Shown: positions 1 to 11,049 of the stretch, in pieces
Layout of the letters: every line of letters starts with the position of its first letter
How positions within the stretch are numbered: the stretch's first letter is position 1
Program-made: the position numbers and the translations under genes
Origin: Puniceicoccaceae bacterium
GTDB taxonomy: Bacteria; Verrucomicrobiota; Verrucomicrobiia; Opitutales; Coraliomargaritaceae
NCBI GenBank assembly: GCA_017854655.1
Contig: JAFMHF010000003.1
Coordinates: 645 to 64,644 of the forward strand
Direction of reading: 5' to 3'
Length of the DNA: 64,000 nt
The notes under the pieces: generated by a model
Told to the model about the DNA's origin: nothing
The model's input: only the letters and a program-made list of their open reading frames with translations
Database searches by the model: none

Positions 1-20
1 CCCCTAGGGTTGGCTGAAGT

Positions 21-3000
21 ATGCCGTCACAGAATAAAGAACCAGAGCCATCTCCCGATAAATTGCTTTCAAGCCCCATGTCGACCGGAGGTTTGGGCTC
101 GGTGTTCGAAATGAAGGTTCAAAGCGGCTTGCTGGCTTCTTTGCTGGTGCGTGCACATTTGCCCTTCTTTGATCGTGCTACAATCTGCGAATTACAGTTT
201 CAGTCCGAACTGAAAGGCTATGCCACTGATGATGTTCTAGTCGTTGCTGAAGATCTAACAGGCGGCAGGAGGAGGCAATTGTGGACAATTAAGCACAAAA
301 TTGCATTCACGGAAAAAGATTCTGTTTTTCAGAAGGTTATTCGCGAAACTTGGTCGGACTTCTCGGATCCGAAAACTTTTACAACCGATCAGGATGCAAT
401 CGTTCTAGCTACCGCAACGGGTTCTACCAAGAGTCTTCATGTCGTTCATCTTCTGGAGAGTGTTCGCGCGTCACTTAATCCAGCGGACTTTGACATACGG
501 CTTCGTGCTGATGGAGTCATTTCGAAAGAGGCAAAAGCGTATTATGATCTATTCTTTTCTGCTCTAAAGGAGGTTTCGGGGGACTCGAACTTGAGTGATG
601 AGGTTGTCTGGCGCTACCTTCATAGCTTCCATTGGGTTCGTTTTGATTTTGACCAAATCGCAAGCCAAAATGAAGCCTGCTTCAAAACGATGCTCTCACT
701 GGGATTGAAACGGGAAACCAGTGAAACGGGGGAATCTCTCTGGAACCGAGTTTTTAAGTGGGTTGCCGATAAGAATCCCAGAGCTGGAAATATAACATGG
801 GAATCGCTACCAGTCGAATGGCATGATTTTTGTGCCACACTAGCGCATCATTATGAGTCCGGTGTCATTTCTCGCTTAATCGAGCATTCTAAGAGGCACT
901 TAGCACGAGTGCAGAAGCATATTGGCAAAGAGGAGCAAATTCAGGTCGAACGAAGGGATTTGATCCGAAACTTAGCAGACGCACTGGAGAAGCATCCGGT
1001 GACTGTGGTATCCGGGCCTGCGGGAACCGGAAAATCAGCCGCAACCTTCATGGCATTGGATCAGTCTAATTCATATTGCCCTTGTTTTGTATTTCAGGCG
1101 AGAGAGTTTGCGTGCACCCACATAGACGAAGCACTCGGGAAAATGCGGATTAACGAGCCGTTATCTAGGGTTTCCGCCGCATTTGCACTGCACCCAAGGA
1201 AATTTCTCATCATCGAGAGTGCCGAGCATTTATTGGAATCGCCCGAGAACGACGCATTCTACATGCTCCTAGAGGAGGTAGTAGCCGATCCGACTTGGCA
1301 TGTCGTGATCACCACAAGATCACATGCTGCAGTACTTGTTGTAGAAACATTCCTCCGGAAAGCCGGAAACATCCAGACTTTTAGCATCCCGTTACTTGCT
1401 GACGTAGAGCGGGATGAAGTTTTAGAGCACTTTCCTATACTCAAGAATTCCGCCTTGGATCAAGATGCACTAGAACTGCTTCGGAATCCATGGTATCTGG
1501 ATGCTGCATGTTCTATCAACTGGGCAGTCACCGAAGACACTCGAATAAATCGCAGCAGCCTTCGTGAAATACTCTGGAAGCAGGTTGTTGCTAAAGAGAG
1601 TTTTCGCAGGGGAGGAATACACCTCTCCCGTGAACGGGTTTTTCGCGAGATCGCGATCAATAGAGCTCGGACAATGAAATCCTTTGTCGCCAGCCCTGAA
1701 AATGGAGAGGCTGCAGTGCAACAACTTATTGCTGACGATCTATTGATTGAAAGTGAAGTCTCCGGCCACTTCGCTCCATCCCATGACGTCTGGGAGGATT
1801 GGGCCCTTATCATGTGGGTGGGTCAAGAATTCGAAAGACACGGCAAGGACGTAGTAACTTTCTTTAAGTATTTGGGATATGAGTTGCCCATTCGCCGTGC
1901 ATACCGGAACTGGCTTAATGAAACATTGCTTGAAGGCAATATTGAGCGCATTCGTGAGCACCTTTCCAGTATCATATCAAATGATGGGGTCGAGCAGTAT
2001 TGGAAGGACGAAGTTATCGTTTCGATACTGTCTTCAGAGGAGTCTCTTTGTTTTCTTGACGATTATTCTGATTATATATTGCGCGAAGATTGCAGACTCC
2101 TTCGAAGAATGCTGCATCTGCTTCGCACGGCGTGCAAGAAACCAAACCCGTATCTAATTCTGAACGAGGAAGTTCTAGCGAAGTCGCTTGGCGACCTATA
2201 TCTTGTCCCAGACGGCCCCAGCTGGGGTGCGCTGGTCGGCTTCATACATCATAATATGGATCGAGTTGCCCCTAGCCTTCGTTTGTTGCTGATTGGTTTC
2301 CTTGAAGACTACAAATCGGGAATCGGTTTCAGAAACCCCAAGCCTCTAGGATACCAGGAGGCTTTTCGACTGGCGCTTCGTATGTGGGACATTCACTCAG
2401 TTGAGCGAGGCAACCGGAAGCTCTTGGAGCGTTTAGCTAAAGTGATTTTCACGATCCCGTATGCTGATACCGAAGCATTTCGAAATTTCCTTACCAATAT
2501 TTCTGCCGATGACGGTCGTTCGCCTGCCATTGAAGCGATAAAAGCTGAGTTATTCGGTTTTCCCGGCGGCACTGTAGCCTGCCACTCTTTCACCTCCGAG
2601 ATAGCCTCCTTCTGTCGAAAAATTTGGGAATTAGATCGCAAACCGAGTCCAGAGCTTAGAATTCGGCGGAGCAGTGACATAGACATAGCCTTCGGTCTTG
2701 AAAACGAACTCATGCGTTTTTACCCCCCCAGCAGACTCCAAGGTCCGTTCGGAGCATTGCTTTCATCAGGCAAACCCGACGAAGGAATAGATCTCATTCT
2801 AGATCTCGTCAACCACTGCACACTGTTCTACACAAAAAGCTGGTTAGATCGTGACGAAGAAGATGACACTGGAATGATTACGCTGGTCTTTGATTCCGGC
2901 AATGAGGTCGAGCAATTCTGCCATCCAAGACTGTGGTTATTATACCGGGGAGGTATGCCGGGGCCAAATCTCCTTGAAAGTGCATTGGCCGCCCTTGAAC

Positions 3001-5138
3001 ACTTCTTATTGGCGAAAGCAAAGCTCGGAGAAAGCCTTGAGGAACTGTCTCAAAGCCTGATTCTACGCAGCAATAGCATAGCAACGACTGCGGTGATTGC
3101 AAGTGTTGCAATGGCTTATCCACATCGAGTCGGACGAACTGGTGCAGTGATTCTTCAGAATCCCGAATTCTTCCAAATGGATCAGAGGCGCTACATGCAT
3201 GACCAGACTGGCGACATTGGTGACCATTTGCTTAGGCCAATTCAAAAGATCCATTATAATGAACGAAAAGAGAGCAGAAAGCTGGCACATCGTACGCTAA
3301 ACCTTGAGTCGCTGGCAGTCACATTGCAAGGTGGAGAGCTGAAAGAGGAAGTCTGGAAAACAATTGATAATTATAAAACTGAGGTATCCGGCTTATTGGA
3401 TCGAGCTAAAGGAAATGATGAGTCTCTAACCGATAGTCTTGAGACGTGGCAATTGCGGCTCCATCGAATGGATATTAGGAATTTTGTTCCCATTAAACAG
3501 TTGGAAAATGGTGAAACAATGTTTGCCGCAGGAGATCCTGGACCGGCGCTGAAAGCAATGCGGGCAAAAAAGCTGCCGGAAATTGAGAAAAAGGCGGCTG
3601 AAGCCGAGCTGCTCATGTGGGGCATGGCATTATTGGAGAACCCACAGTCGGAGAAATATGACACGAACCGTTGGAGGGAAATGTTAGCACTGGCATTGGA
3701 AACCCAGCCTAGCTCAATTAAGGACGATGTAGAGCTAATTAGCGATCCGTATGCCGGAGGCTCCGCGTATGTCGCAGCGGTTTGCCTTCGAGACCATCTT
3801 GAAGGCATGCCAACAGACGATGTATCAAAATGCTTGGATATACTCTGTTGCCTTCTTGAGGAGGAACCCCGGGGAGGTGGTATATTTTCAAGCGTTGCGA
3901 GCTTGGGCATGTCTGGCCACGTGGCAGCTGCACAGGTTCTTCCATGCCTTGTCGATACTTCAACAGAGTTGGATATTTCCCGAGTTAAACGCGCAGTGGC
4001 AACTGCTATCACACATTTTTCGAAAGAGGTTAGAGTGCGTGCTGCAAAATCGATCCGGGATTTTTTATGGGGAGCAGATCGGAAGTTTGCCGAATCTTGT
4101 TTGTTTGGAGTGTTACATTTTGCCCAGCTTCGTTCCACAAAACTGGAAGTATGGCGAGAGCTGAACTATCAAGAACGCGGGGATTTTGAAGCGTTCATTT
4201 TTAACGACGTTGTCGAGCTTCGTCGCTTGATTTATGATGAAAAAATTGACTTCGATGATGTGACGCTCTCGTTGGAAAATGTATGTGCAACCACTTTTTC
4301 ACATGCCCTCATGATCGCTTCAAGTGCGCCACGAGACGAAACCTTCAACGCTCTAGTCAAGTCCGCTGTGGCTTCATTGGTCACTTTGTGGCAGGCTGGT
4401 GAAGGTAGCCGCCGAGGACGCGAGAATAAGATCAATTATGAAGAAGAGCAGGTTATACGCAGAATTGCCGCTGGTTTTATTGTGGGCAGTAGCGCTAAGA
4501 TTGCTTTGGAAATTTTTCTTCCCTGCCTTGAAGCATTCGAGGATATCACTTCTGAAATTGCCGATTTCTTTAAGGATATGATTTCCAGCGAGGATCGACT
4601 CAGGGAGGGCGACTCATTTTGGGCGATTTGGCAGAGCTTGTTTGAGCAACTTTCAAGTAAGGTAAATGCCGACAATCACCAGCAGCTGTATGTATCTGAA
4701 GTGCTACTTTCGGCTTTGTTTTTAGACGTCTCATGGAAACAAGATGCCTTGGAATGGACGCCGCTTCATGGTCGAGAAAAGCAGATAAAAAGTCTCGTGT
4801 GTCTGGTAGGAAGTAGATCGAACGCATGTGGCTTGTTCATCCGATTACTTTCCGGAGTTGGGAATTTCATGCTTCCGAATGCGCTTCACTGGCTAGCCGA
4901 TTCATTGCGCAAGGATAATCCCCACGAGGCAATTCAACCTGAAGATTGCCAATACAATTTGGTCAAATTGCTTACGCCACTTGTATACGGCAAAGGAGCC
5001 ATGATCCGTCGAGATGCCTCACTTCAGGAAGACGTAATTTTTATCCTAAATGCCATGGTAGACAATGGCTCATCTGCTGCATTCCGGATGAGGGATTACT
5101 TAGTTTCCCCGTTACGAGAACAGCAACCGGTAGATTAA
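21..5138 (+). CDS. avs4: AVAST type IV (Avs4-like) STAND NTPase antiphage protein with an N-terminal PD-(D/E)xK-like effector
   Basis: Walker A GPAGTGKS, IIESAEHLLE, HVVITTR, LLRNPWYL, SHDVWEDWAL, LPIRRAYRNW, YWKDE, LLRTACK, RLWLLYRG and C-terminal LQEDVIFILNAMVDNGS parallel, in order, motifs I recall from E. coli Avs4; 1705 aa. Confidence 0.8.
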   Translation: MPSQNKEPEPSPDKLLSSPMSTGGLGSVFEMKVQSGLLASLLVRAHLPFFDRATICELQFQSELKGYATDDVLVVAEDLTGGRRRQLWTIKHKIAFTEKDSVFQKVIRETWSDFSDPKTFTTDQDAIVLATATGSTKSLHVVHLLESVRASLNPADFDIRLRADGVISKEAKAYYDLFFSALKEVSGDSNLSDEVVWRYLHSFHWVRFDFDQIASQNEACFKTMLSLGLKRETSETGESLWNRVFKWVADKNPRAGNITWESLPVEWHDFCATLAHHYESGVISRLIEHSKRHLARVQKHIGKEEQIQVERRDLIRNLADALEKHPVTVVSGPAGTGKSAATFMALDQSNSYCPCFVFQAREFACTHIDEALGKMRINEPLSRVSAAFALHPRKFLIIESAEHLLESPENDAFYMLLEEVVADPTWHVVITTRSHAAVLVVETFLRKAGNIQTFSIPLLADVERDEVLEHFPILKNSALDQDALELLRNPWYLDAACSINWAVTEDTRINRSSLREILWKQVVAKESFRRGGIHLSRERVFREIAINRARTMKSFVASPENGEAAVQQLIADDLLIESEVSGHFAPSHDVWEDWALIMWVGQEFERHGKDVVTFFKYLGYELPIRRAYRNWLNETLLEGNIERIREHLSSIISNDGVEQYWKDEVIVSILSSEESLCFLDDYSDYILREDCRLLRRMLHLLRTACKKPNPYLILNEEVLAKSLGDLYLVPDGPSWGALVGFIHHNMDRVAPSLRLLLIGFLEDYKSGIGFRNPKPLGYQEAFRLALRMWDIHSVERGNRKLLERLAKVIFTIPYADTEAFRNFLTNISADDGRSPAIEAIKAELFGFPGGTVACHSFTSEIASFCRKIWELDRKPSPELRIRRSSDIDIAFGLENELMRFYPPSRLQGPFGALLSSGKPDEGIDLILDLVNHCTLFYTKSWLDRDEEDDTGMITLVFDSGNEVEQFCHPRLWLLYRGGMPGPNLLESALAALEHFLLAKAKLGESLEELSQSLILRSNSIATTAVIASVAMAYPHRVGRTGAVILQNPEFFQMDQRRYMHDQTGDIGDHLLRPIQKIHYNERKESRKLAHRTLNLESLAVTLQGGELKEEVWKTIDNYKTEVSGLLDRAKGNDESLTDSLETWQLRLHRMDIRNFVPIKQLENGETMFAAGDPGPALKAMRAKKLPEIEKKAAEAELLMWGMALLENPQSEKYDTNRWREMLALALETQPSSIKDDVELISDPYAGGSAYVAAVCLRDHLEGMPTDDVSKCLDILCCLLEEEPRGGGIFSSVASLGMSGHVAAAQVLPCLVDTSTELDISRVKRAVATAITHFSKEVRVRAAKSIRDFLWGADRKFAESCLFGVLHFAQLRSTKLEVWRELNYQERGDFEAFIFNDVVELRRLIYDEKIDFDDVTLSLENVCATTFSHALMIASSAPRDETFNALVKSAVASLVTLWQAGEGSRRGRENKINYEEEQVIRRIAAGFIVGSSAKIALEIFLPCLEAFEDITSEIADFFKDMISSEDRLREGDSFWAIWQSLFEQLSSKVNADNHQQLYVSEVLLSALFLDVSWKQDALEWTPLHGREKQIKSLVCLVGSRSNACGLFIRLLSGVGNFMLPNALHWLADSLRKDNPHEAIQPEDCQYNLVKLLTPLVYGKGAMIRRDASLQEDVIFILNAMVDNGSSAAFRMRDYLVSPLREQQPVD

Positions 5139-5484
5139 ATATCCAACCGAAACTTCGGCGGGAAAACGCCATCCAAGCTTAGAAAGAAATGTCGGTCGTA
5201 GCGGATTCCGCAAATGAACTCTCTTGCTCGCTGAATCAGTCAATCGGGGGTGCCATACAATATACCGATGCTGGAGTTACTACCTGACCAAGATTGATAA
5301 CCTCTCGTTTGGATACGCGCTCTATTTTGCGGACCATCGTTTTGACTAATCTGGATGTGCTACAGCGAGCCATACCGTTAATCTACAAATCATTACTTAT
5401 CCCTACCAAGCTAAACCTAATAACTCCGAATATATCAAAATCACTTGCCGCCAAAAGGGCCAACTGTAGACTAAGCACTGAAGA

Positions 5485-6747
5485 ATGGAAAACTCCTCTT
5501 ACAGTCGAGCTCTAAGCCTTTTTGACCACCGCTATCGTAGCGTAATATCGGTGCTGTTCGATGCTCGGAATGAAGACTATCGCCTTTCAAGGCTGCGCGA
5601 GAACCCACAGGTCTCAGCTGAAGCAGTCGAATTTATGCGCGCGCTAGATTTGATTGAGATTGAGGACGGAACCATCGCATTGAACCGGGACCTTGTGGAG
5701 TTTTTGGAGCGCACCTTAGGCGTATCAGATTTTGTCATGACTGGGCGCATTGGTGAAATCAACGTCGACATCCAACGTTTCTATAATCTTTACGAGACCT
5801 GCTCAACTGGCCGAGACCGTGCCACGCTTGCACTCCGAATAAAGCGCTTGTCTAAGCAACTGATCGCTGACTTGCGGAATACGCAGCGGGATCTCCGCCG
5901 CTTACTGGACAACGAATTCCGCTTTGAAACCTCATTGCAACTCAAGCTCGAACAACTCGACATCTACCAACAGAAATCGAAAACTTTCGTCGAGGACTTA
6001 GAGAAGTGCCAGCGGATGTTTCAGGATCAGGCAACAATGCGGGCGTCGAGTAATGAGAGCCTCTTGATTACACGCAAGCAACTGGGGCGGCAGATTCATA
6101 TAGCAGGTAAGGCCGCCGCGACTTTGGCCTACGATATTTCAAGTTACATCCACAGGGCAAAGGAAGACCGGGATCACTTAAGCAAGCTGTCCCAGATATG
6201 TGAGTTGATTGATCGCCAGGAATTTCAGAGTCGCTCCAATCTGGTCGAGATTCTCGAATCGGGAGCGTTGGCTCATCTGCAGCGCGCCGAACCGATACGC
6301 ACCACTTTGCCCGCTGATCTAAATGGCGATGCCGTCCTTCAAAGTCGTCTTTTTCTACGAGCCGAACGAATGGGTATGGCGGAAAATCGTGAAGACGAGC
6401 ATCCAACGATGGAAGACGACGAAGATATCGGCACCGAGATATATCTACCGGACATACCAGACATGATTCAGACCTTTCAGAATCATCACGATGGGCGTGA
6501 TTTATTGTCCTTCCTTCTGGAAGCTCCGAATAATTTTCCGAAGGACGAACATCTGTTTGAGCGTATCTTGGAGAGTTTCTGCATGATTGCGACTTCCAAA
6601 GAATCAGACGGACTCTATGTCTTGCAGGAACTAGGCGAGAGGCAGAAGGAATATGTGCAGCTCAGATATTTGCAACTTCATGCCGAGCGTATTGATGGAG
6701 CTTCACCCCGCTCCGAAGTCGATCTTCCAATTATTTCCCGAACATGA
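5485..6747 (+). CDS. jetA: Wadjet JetA / MksF-like kleisin subunit
   Basis: First gene of a tightly packed four-gene operon that contains an SMC ATPase and a Toprim protein; 420 aa, helical; assigned by position and size. Confidence 0.65.
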   Translation: MENSSYSRALSLFDHRYRSVISVLFDARNEDYRLSRLRENPQVSAEAVEFMRALDLIEIEDGTIALNRDLVEFLERTLGVSDFVMTGRIGEINVDIQRFYNLYETCSTGRDRATLALRIKRLSKQLIADLRNTQRDLRRLLDNEFRFETSLQLKLEQLDIYQQKSKTFVEDLEKCQRMFQDQATMRASSNESLLITRKQLGRQIHIAGKAAATLAYDISSYIHRAKEDRDHLSKLSQICELIDRQEFQSRSNLVEILESGALAHLQRAEPIRTTLPADLNGDAVLQSRLFLRAERMGMAENREDEHPTMEDDEDIGTEIYLPDIPDMIQTFQNHHDGRDLLSFLLEAPNNFPKDEHLFERILESFCMIATSKESDGLYVLQELGERQKEYVQLRYLQLHAERIDGASPRSEVDLPIISRT

Positions 6748-7304
6748 ACGAAACAGCAAGTATTCCACCAAAACTCAAAGAGATCTTTCATGCATTGGTG
6801 CGCGGAGAGCGCCTGTTTCTATCTGACAATGGATCTCAAACTGAAACCGACCAGTTTTGGACTTTAAGCCGAAATCTGGATAACTTCAATGACTACCTCA
6901 ATCCCCTAGGTTTTGAAGTTCACGCAGGCGATGGCTATTTTTACATGTCAGGGGAAGAAACCACTAGTGCCACTCAGGACAAAATGGATCGCAACTTGAA
7001 TCTAATTCAAGTCTACGGCTTGCTCTCTGACGCCCTCGATGGCTTTGAAGCAGGAAAGGTTTTCAAAGCCTCGGATTTGGAGTCCCGATTCACGCAAAAC
7101 GGCGATCTGGCCGAACGTCTGACTCGCCTAACCCAAAAGCCGTCCACGAGTTACAGCATAAGTGATCAGATGGAGTCGATCATTAGAAAATTTGAGAAGA
7201 TCGGATTCATCCTGAACAGTTCGACATACGACCGCTCTTTCGTTGTGCTATCCTCTATCAATTATCTGCGCAGCATTATCCTAATGCTCAACTTCAAGGA
7301 CTAA
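6744..7304 (+). CDS. jetB: Wadjet JetB / MksE-like KITE subunit
   Basis: ATGA overlap with the upstream gene; 186 aa; LNPLGFEVHAGDGYFY resembles the MksE/JetB winged-helix pattern; directly before the SMC gene. Confidence 0.65.
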   Translation: MNETASIPPKLKEIFHALVRGERLFLSDNGSQTETDQFWTLSRNLDNFNDYLNPLGFEVHAGDGYFYMSGEETTSATQDKMDRNLNLIQVYGLLSDALDGFEAGKVFKASDLESRFTQNGDLAERLTRLTQKPSTSYSISDQMESIIRKFEKIGFILNSSTYDRSFVVLSSINYLRSIILMLNFKD

Positions 7305-7305
7305 T

Positions 7306-10300
7306 ATGAAAGGAATTGTCGGATACCATCTGATCAACGTCGCAGCATTCCGCTATTCCAAGTGCAATGTGGACGGACACTGTCAATTCATTGGGCACAA
7401 CGGTAATGGAAAAACCACGAATCTACGTGTCCCACTGTATTTTTACAATCCCTCAGGAGAACGGCGTGACCACGCGATTGAGAGTTCCAAGCACAGTTTC
7501 AATGAATTCTATTTTAATGGTGAGCGATCCTTCATTGTATATGAAATTTGCCGGGGACAATTTACCGATGGTGTGCGGGACCTTTACCACATCGCCGTCA
7601 ACCGACGCTCGGGTGCTCCCCGCTTCATCTTCATCGATGCACCCTTTGATAAAACGCTTTTCGAGAACGCAAATGGTCACATCTGTAACGAGCGTGAACT
7701 GATTGGTAACCTACAGGTAGCTGGGATCAAATCTGAATCGGTGAGTACCTACGAAGCATACCGGAGTGTAATTTACGGCGTTGACTATCATGAGCGCTTC
7801 AAGCGTTTCGTCTATGCCTTTCCAAAGGCTAATGCAGAGAAACACATCCGCACGATCCCGAAGATACTTTCTGCCATTTTCCGTGCCGAAAACTCAAAGA
7901 CTGAAACTTTGAAAGATGCATTGATTGCTTCGCTCGGAGAGGAGGAAGCATCCATCGACTTGCGTCAGACCGGCAAGGAAATGAAGCAGTTCAACAGGGA
8001 CCGGAACGAGTTGATGGTCTTAGAAGCTCAACTCGAACGGATTCGGTGTATCTGCAACGATTACGCTGAATACAAAGACCATAGGGCAGATTTGAGTAAT
8101 ATCATCAATCGAGTCCATCAGTGTCTACCTAGGGCCGAACATTGCTTGAATATGGAATCCGTTTCAATTCGAACCCTAGAAGCTGATTTATCTAGAGCGA
8201 AGGGCCTTTATCAAAATGCTTTAGAAGTGATTAATGGTAAAATCGAAGAATGCACCCGCTTGGAAGGTTCGCTAAACGAAACCATTAATGCGATTCGGGA
8301 AATTCAACAGAAATACCCGGAGGCTAAACTGAAGGCTTGGGAGCAGAGCGAGAGGGACATACCAAACCTGAAACAGAAGTTTGAAGTGTATGAGGCGAAG
8401 CTCAAGGCACGATCCAAGCACTACGAAGACATTCAAGAAAAATATCAGGTCTTGGAAGAGAAGGTACGTGCCAGTTATGATAAACTACGAAACAAAGCGA
8501 GAGAGACTTATCAATTGGTGGCGGTATCATGCACCGAGCAAATCGGATTTTTTCAACATGAATCCAGTGTAAAGCTCACCGAACTGCGCGAATCATTTGA
8601 TTCAAAACGGAGCAAATTAAACGAAGACGTAACTGAACTCCACCGTGATGAAGTACGCTTGAAACAAGTTAAATCTAGCCTCCGGCTGGATGATTTCAGA
8701 GGAGAGGTGATCAAGGAACAGCAAATCCAGCTGACTAAACTGAGAAATACAAGCGCCACAAATGAGACTGAGAGCAAGAGTTTGTTAGAGAAGCACAAGG
8801 CAATAGGCAGTCAGAGGGACTCCACATTGCTACAGATAGGGAAAAAGTATGACACCAGAATACTACAGTGGGAGCGAGAGGTCGAAAACCAGCAGGCTGC
8901 CATAGAGAAATTGCAACCAATCATTGAGCGCTATAATGGATCCCTTCTTGAAACTATTGATATCGAAGCTATTCATCCAGACGTGTTTCGTTCGGTCGTC
9001 AACGAGACGGTGTTACTCCAGCGCTCGGACAGCATACTCAAATCAGCTGAAACAAGCCCAAGAACCGCACTGTTAGGGCTACACATTGACACCGAATCTC
9101 TGCCAAAACCGGCTGAATTAAATCTGGAATCGGCTAAACAAGAGTTTTCGAAACTCAAATTAGAGCGCGATGCTCTATTGGAAAAAATTTCCATTGAGAA
9201 CGGCAAGAAGCACGAGGACTTGGATGAGTTAGAAGCATTCTATCAGCAGGAACTCAGAGACCATCAGGAATATGCCAACCATGTGCGCAGTGAGTCTCGT
9301 CGTATTCTCTCTGAGATAGAAATTTGCCAGGAAACCCTCGACTACGAATTGAGGTCCCAAAAGCAAGAGTTCGAATCGAAACTCAAGAGTCTAGAAACCG
9401 AATATCGAAGTGCCAACCAAGCTCTCATAAAGGCCGAGCAAGAGCGCAAGGAATTCAACACCAGTTGTGCAGCCCAAGAAAAAGCACTGCAAGAACAGTA
9501 TAACCTTCAGATTGAATCAACACGCAGGAAACAAAGAGCTTCGGCAGACAAACGTGACAGTGATATCAGTTGCACTGACAAACGCCTCAAAGAAGCACTT
9601 GTCGACCTGAATCGGGAAAAAACCGATGAACTTAAGGCAGGATCTAATAAACCAGATGAGATTGATCGGCTTAAAGAATTGGTCGATGACGCCATAAGCA
9701 AATTAGATGCCGCTCAGAGTGACTCTCAAGAATTAATTGCCTATCGAAAGCACAGCCTTTCTACAGTAGAAAAACTACCACAAACGATTGCGAGTCTTCA
9801 GAAAAACGAATCCGAAAAGAAAGCACTTGAAGCTCAGTTAGAATCTGAAGCGAAAAATTGGCAGAGACAGGAAATCGAGATTAACGATAAGCTGAAAGGC
9901 CACCGAGAACGGTATGAAAAGTCCCACGAAGATATTCAAGCGTTTAAAGGGTGGGATTTTTCCGCTGGTGAAAATGTTGCTGTTACAACTGAAACAAGCG
10001 TTTTCAATTACGCTCCCGGTGACATTCAAAAGCTTCTGACCCAATACCAGCAAACCAACAACCGCATGCGTGACCTGTGGGGCGGGAAGCCGGATACTCG
10101 AACTAGTCAAATCCATGATTGCGGAATAAAGAGCAATGTAGACTACCTTGTTAGCCGATTTGGTCATGGTAATCGCTTCAGTTTTCCAAGTAGCTTTGAA
10201 GCCGATGAGAGCATTCGAGAATTCATCGATTACAAGCTGTCTGTGATGTTGAGTACGGATTCGCTCGATAAGGAACGGAAGCAAGTACTGGAAGCATTTC

Positions 10301-11049
10301 GTCTCACAATGAGAAACCTCTCCCGCGAATACCAGCAGCTTGAGGACAGCAAAACCCGATTGTCGCGCATACTTACTGCCATCCAAAAATCAATTGCTAG
10401 TGACGGTATCTTTGTCGCCTCGATCAACAGCATCGAATTTGATCTTCAATCGTCGAAAACTCGAACGGGAGCTCTGCGCGACACCCTGAAAGTTTGTCTC
10501 GAAAAGTTGGATCCAACTAGAATTGACTTGGATACTGTTCAGAGTGATCTATTTGCTCAGAAACCAAGTCAGTCGGAAATAGTGAGTCTGATGGATCAGG
10601 TGGAAGCCATCAGCAATGAGGTTAACGACCACAACATTGAGCGCATCCGACTCGGCGACTTGGTTGATTTTGTAATACGCATCACCGAAAACGGTATCCC
10701 TCATGGCTGGAAACCCTTGGTTCAAGGAGTTGGTTCAGAGGGAACTGGTGCACTAGCCAAATTCATCATCTATTCTGGCATCCTTTCACATTTCAAGAAG
10801 GCCGTTTATAAGAATGCCGATGAGTTACACTTGCACTGCACAATCGACGAAATTGGCAAGATTTATGCCGGGTACGTCACCGAGCTACTGAACTACTGTC
10901 GAAAGCTGGGCATTTACTTAGCGACAGCTCAACCCAACACCCACAGCAAACCTGGCGATTTCGAACGAACTTTCATCATAGACAGAAATGAGAAGACTCA
11001 ACGCGCAAGAGTCACACCCGTTTATGAGGTGACAGTCAGAATTAGATGA
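7306..11049 (+). CDS. jetC: Wadjet JetC / MksB SMC-like ATPase (DUF3584-like)
   Basis: N-terminal Walker A GHNGNGKTT, long central coiled coil, signature-like GVGSEG, C-terminal Walker B/D-loop CTIDEIGKI; 1247 aa. Confidence 0.85.
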   Translation: MKGIVGYHLINVAAFRYSKCNVDGHCQFIGHNGNGKTTNLRVPLYFYNPSGERRDHAIESSKHSFNEFYFNGERSFIVYEICRGQFTDGVRDLYHIAVNRRSGAPRFIFIDAPFDKTLFENANGHICNERELIGNLQVAGIKSESVSTYEAYRSVIYGVDYHERFKRFVYAFPKANAEKHIRTIPKILSAIFRAENSKTETLKDALIASLGEEEASIDLRQTGKEMKQFNRDRNELMVLEAQLERIRCICNDYAEYKDHRADLSNIINRVHQCLPRAEHCLNMESVSIRTLEADLSRAKGLYQNALEVINGKIEECTRLEGSLNETINAIREIQQKYPEAKLKAWEQSERDIPNLKQKFEVYEAKLKARSKHYEDIQEKYQVLEEKVRASYDKLRNKARETYQLVAVSCTEQIGFFQHESSVKLTELRESFDSKRSKLNEDVTELHRDEVRLKQVKSSLRLDDFRGEVIKEQQIQLTKLRNTSATNETESKSLLEKHKAIGSQRDSTLLQIGKKYDTRILQWEREVENQQAAIEKLQPIIERYNGSLLETIDIEAIHPDVFRSVVNETVLLQRSDSILKSAETSPRTALLGLHIDTESLPKPAELNLESAKQEFSKLKLERDALLEKISIENGKKHEDLDELEAFYQQELRDHQEYANHVRSESRRILSEIEICQETLDYELRSQKQEFESKLKSLETEYRSANQALIKAEQERKEFNTSCAAQEKALQEQYNLQIESTRRKQRASADKRDSDISCTDKRLKEALVDLNREKTDELKAGSNKPDEIDRLKELVDDAISKLDAAQSDSQELIAYRKHSLSTVEKLPQTIASLQKNESEKKALEAQLESEAKNWQRQEIEINDKLKGHRERYEKSHEDIQAFKGWDFSAGENVAVTTETSVFNYAPGDIQKLLTQYQQTNNRMRDLWGGKPDTRTSQIHDCGIKSNVDYLVSRFGHGNRFSFPSSFEADESIREFIDYKLSVMLSTDSLDKERKQVLEAFRLTMRNLSREYQQLEDSKTRLSRILTAIQKSIASDGIFVASINSIEFDLQSSKTRTGALRDTLKVCLEKLDPTRIDLDTVQSDLFAQKPSQSEIVSLMDQVEAISNEVNDHNIERIRLGDLVDFVIRITENGIPHGWKPLVQGVGSEGTGALAKFIIYSGILSHFKKAVYKNADELHLHCTIDEIGKIYAGYVTELLNYCRKLGIYLATAQPNTHSKPGDFERTFIIDRNEKTQRARVTPVYEVTVRIR

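Noticed and set aside
5294-5515. 73-aa ORF before jetA
   Set aside because: No ATG start, overlaps jetA out of frame, no recognisable features.
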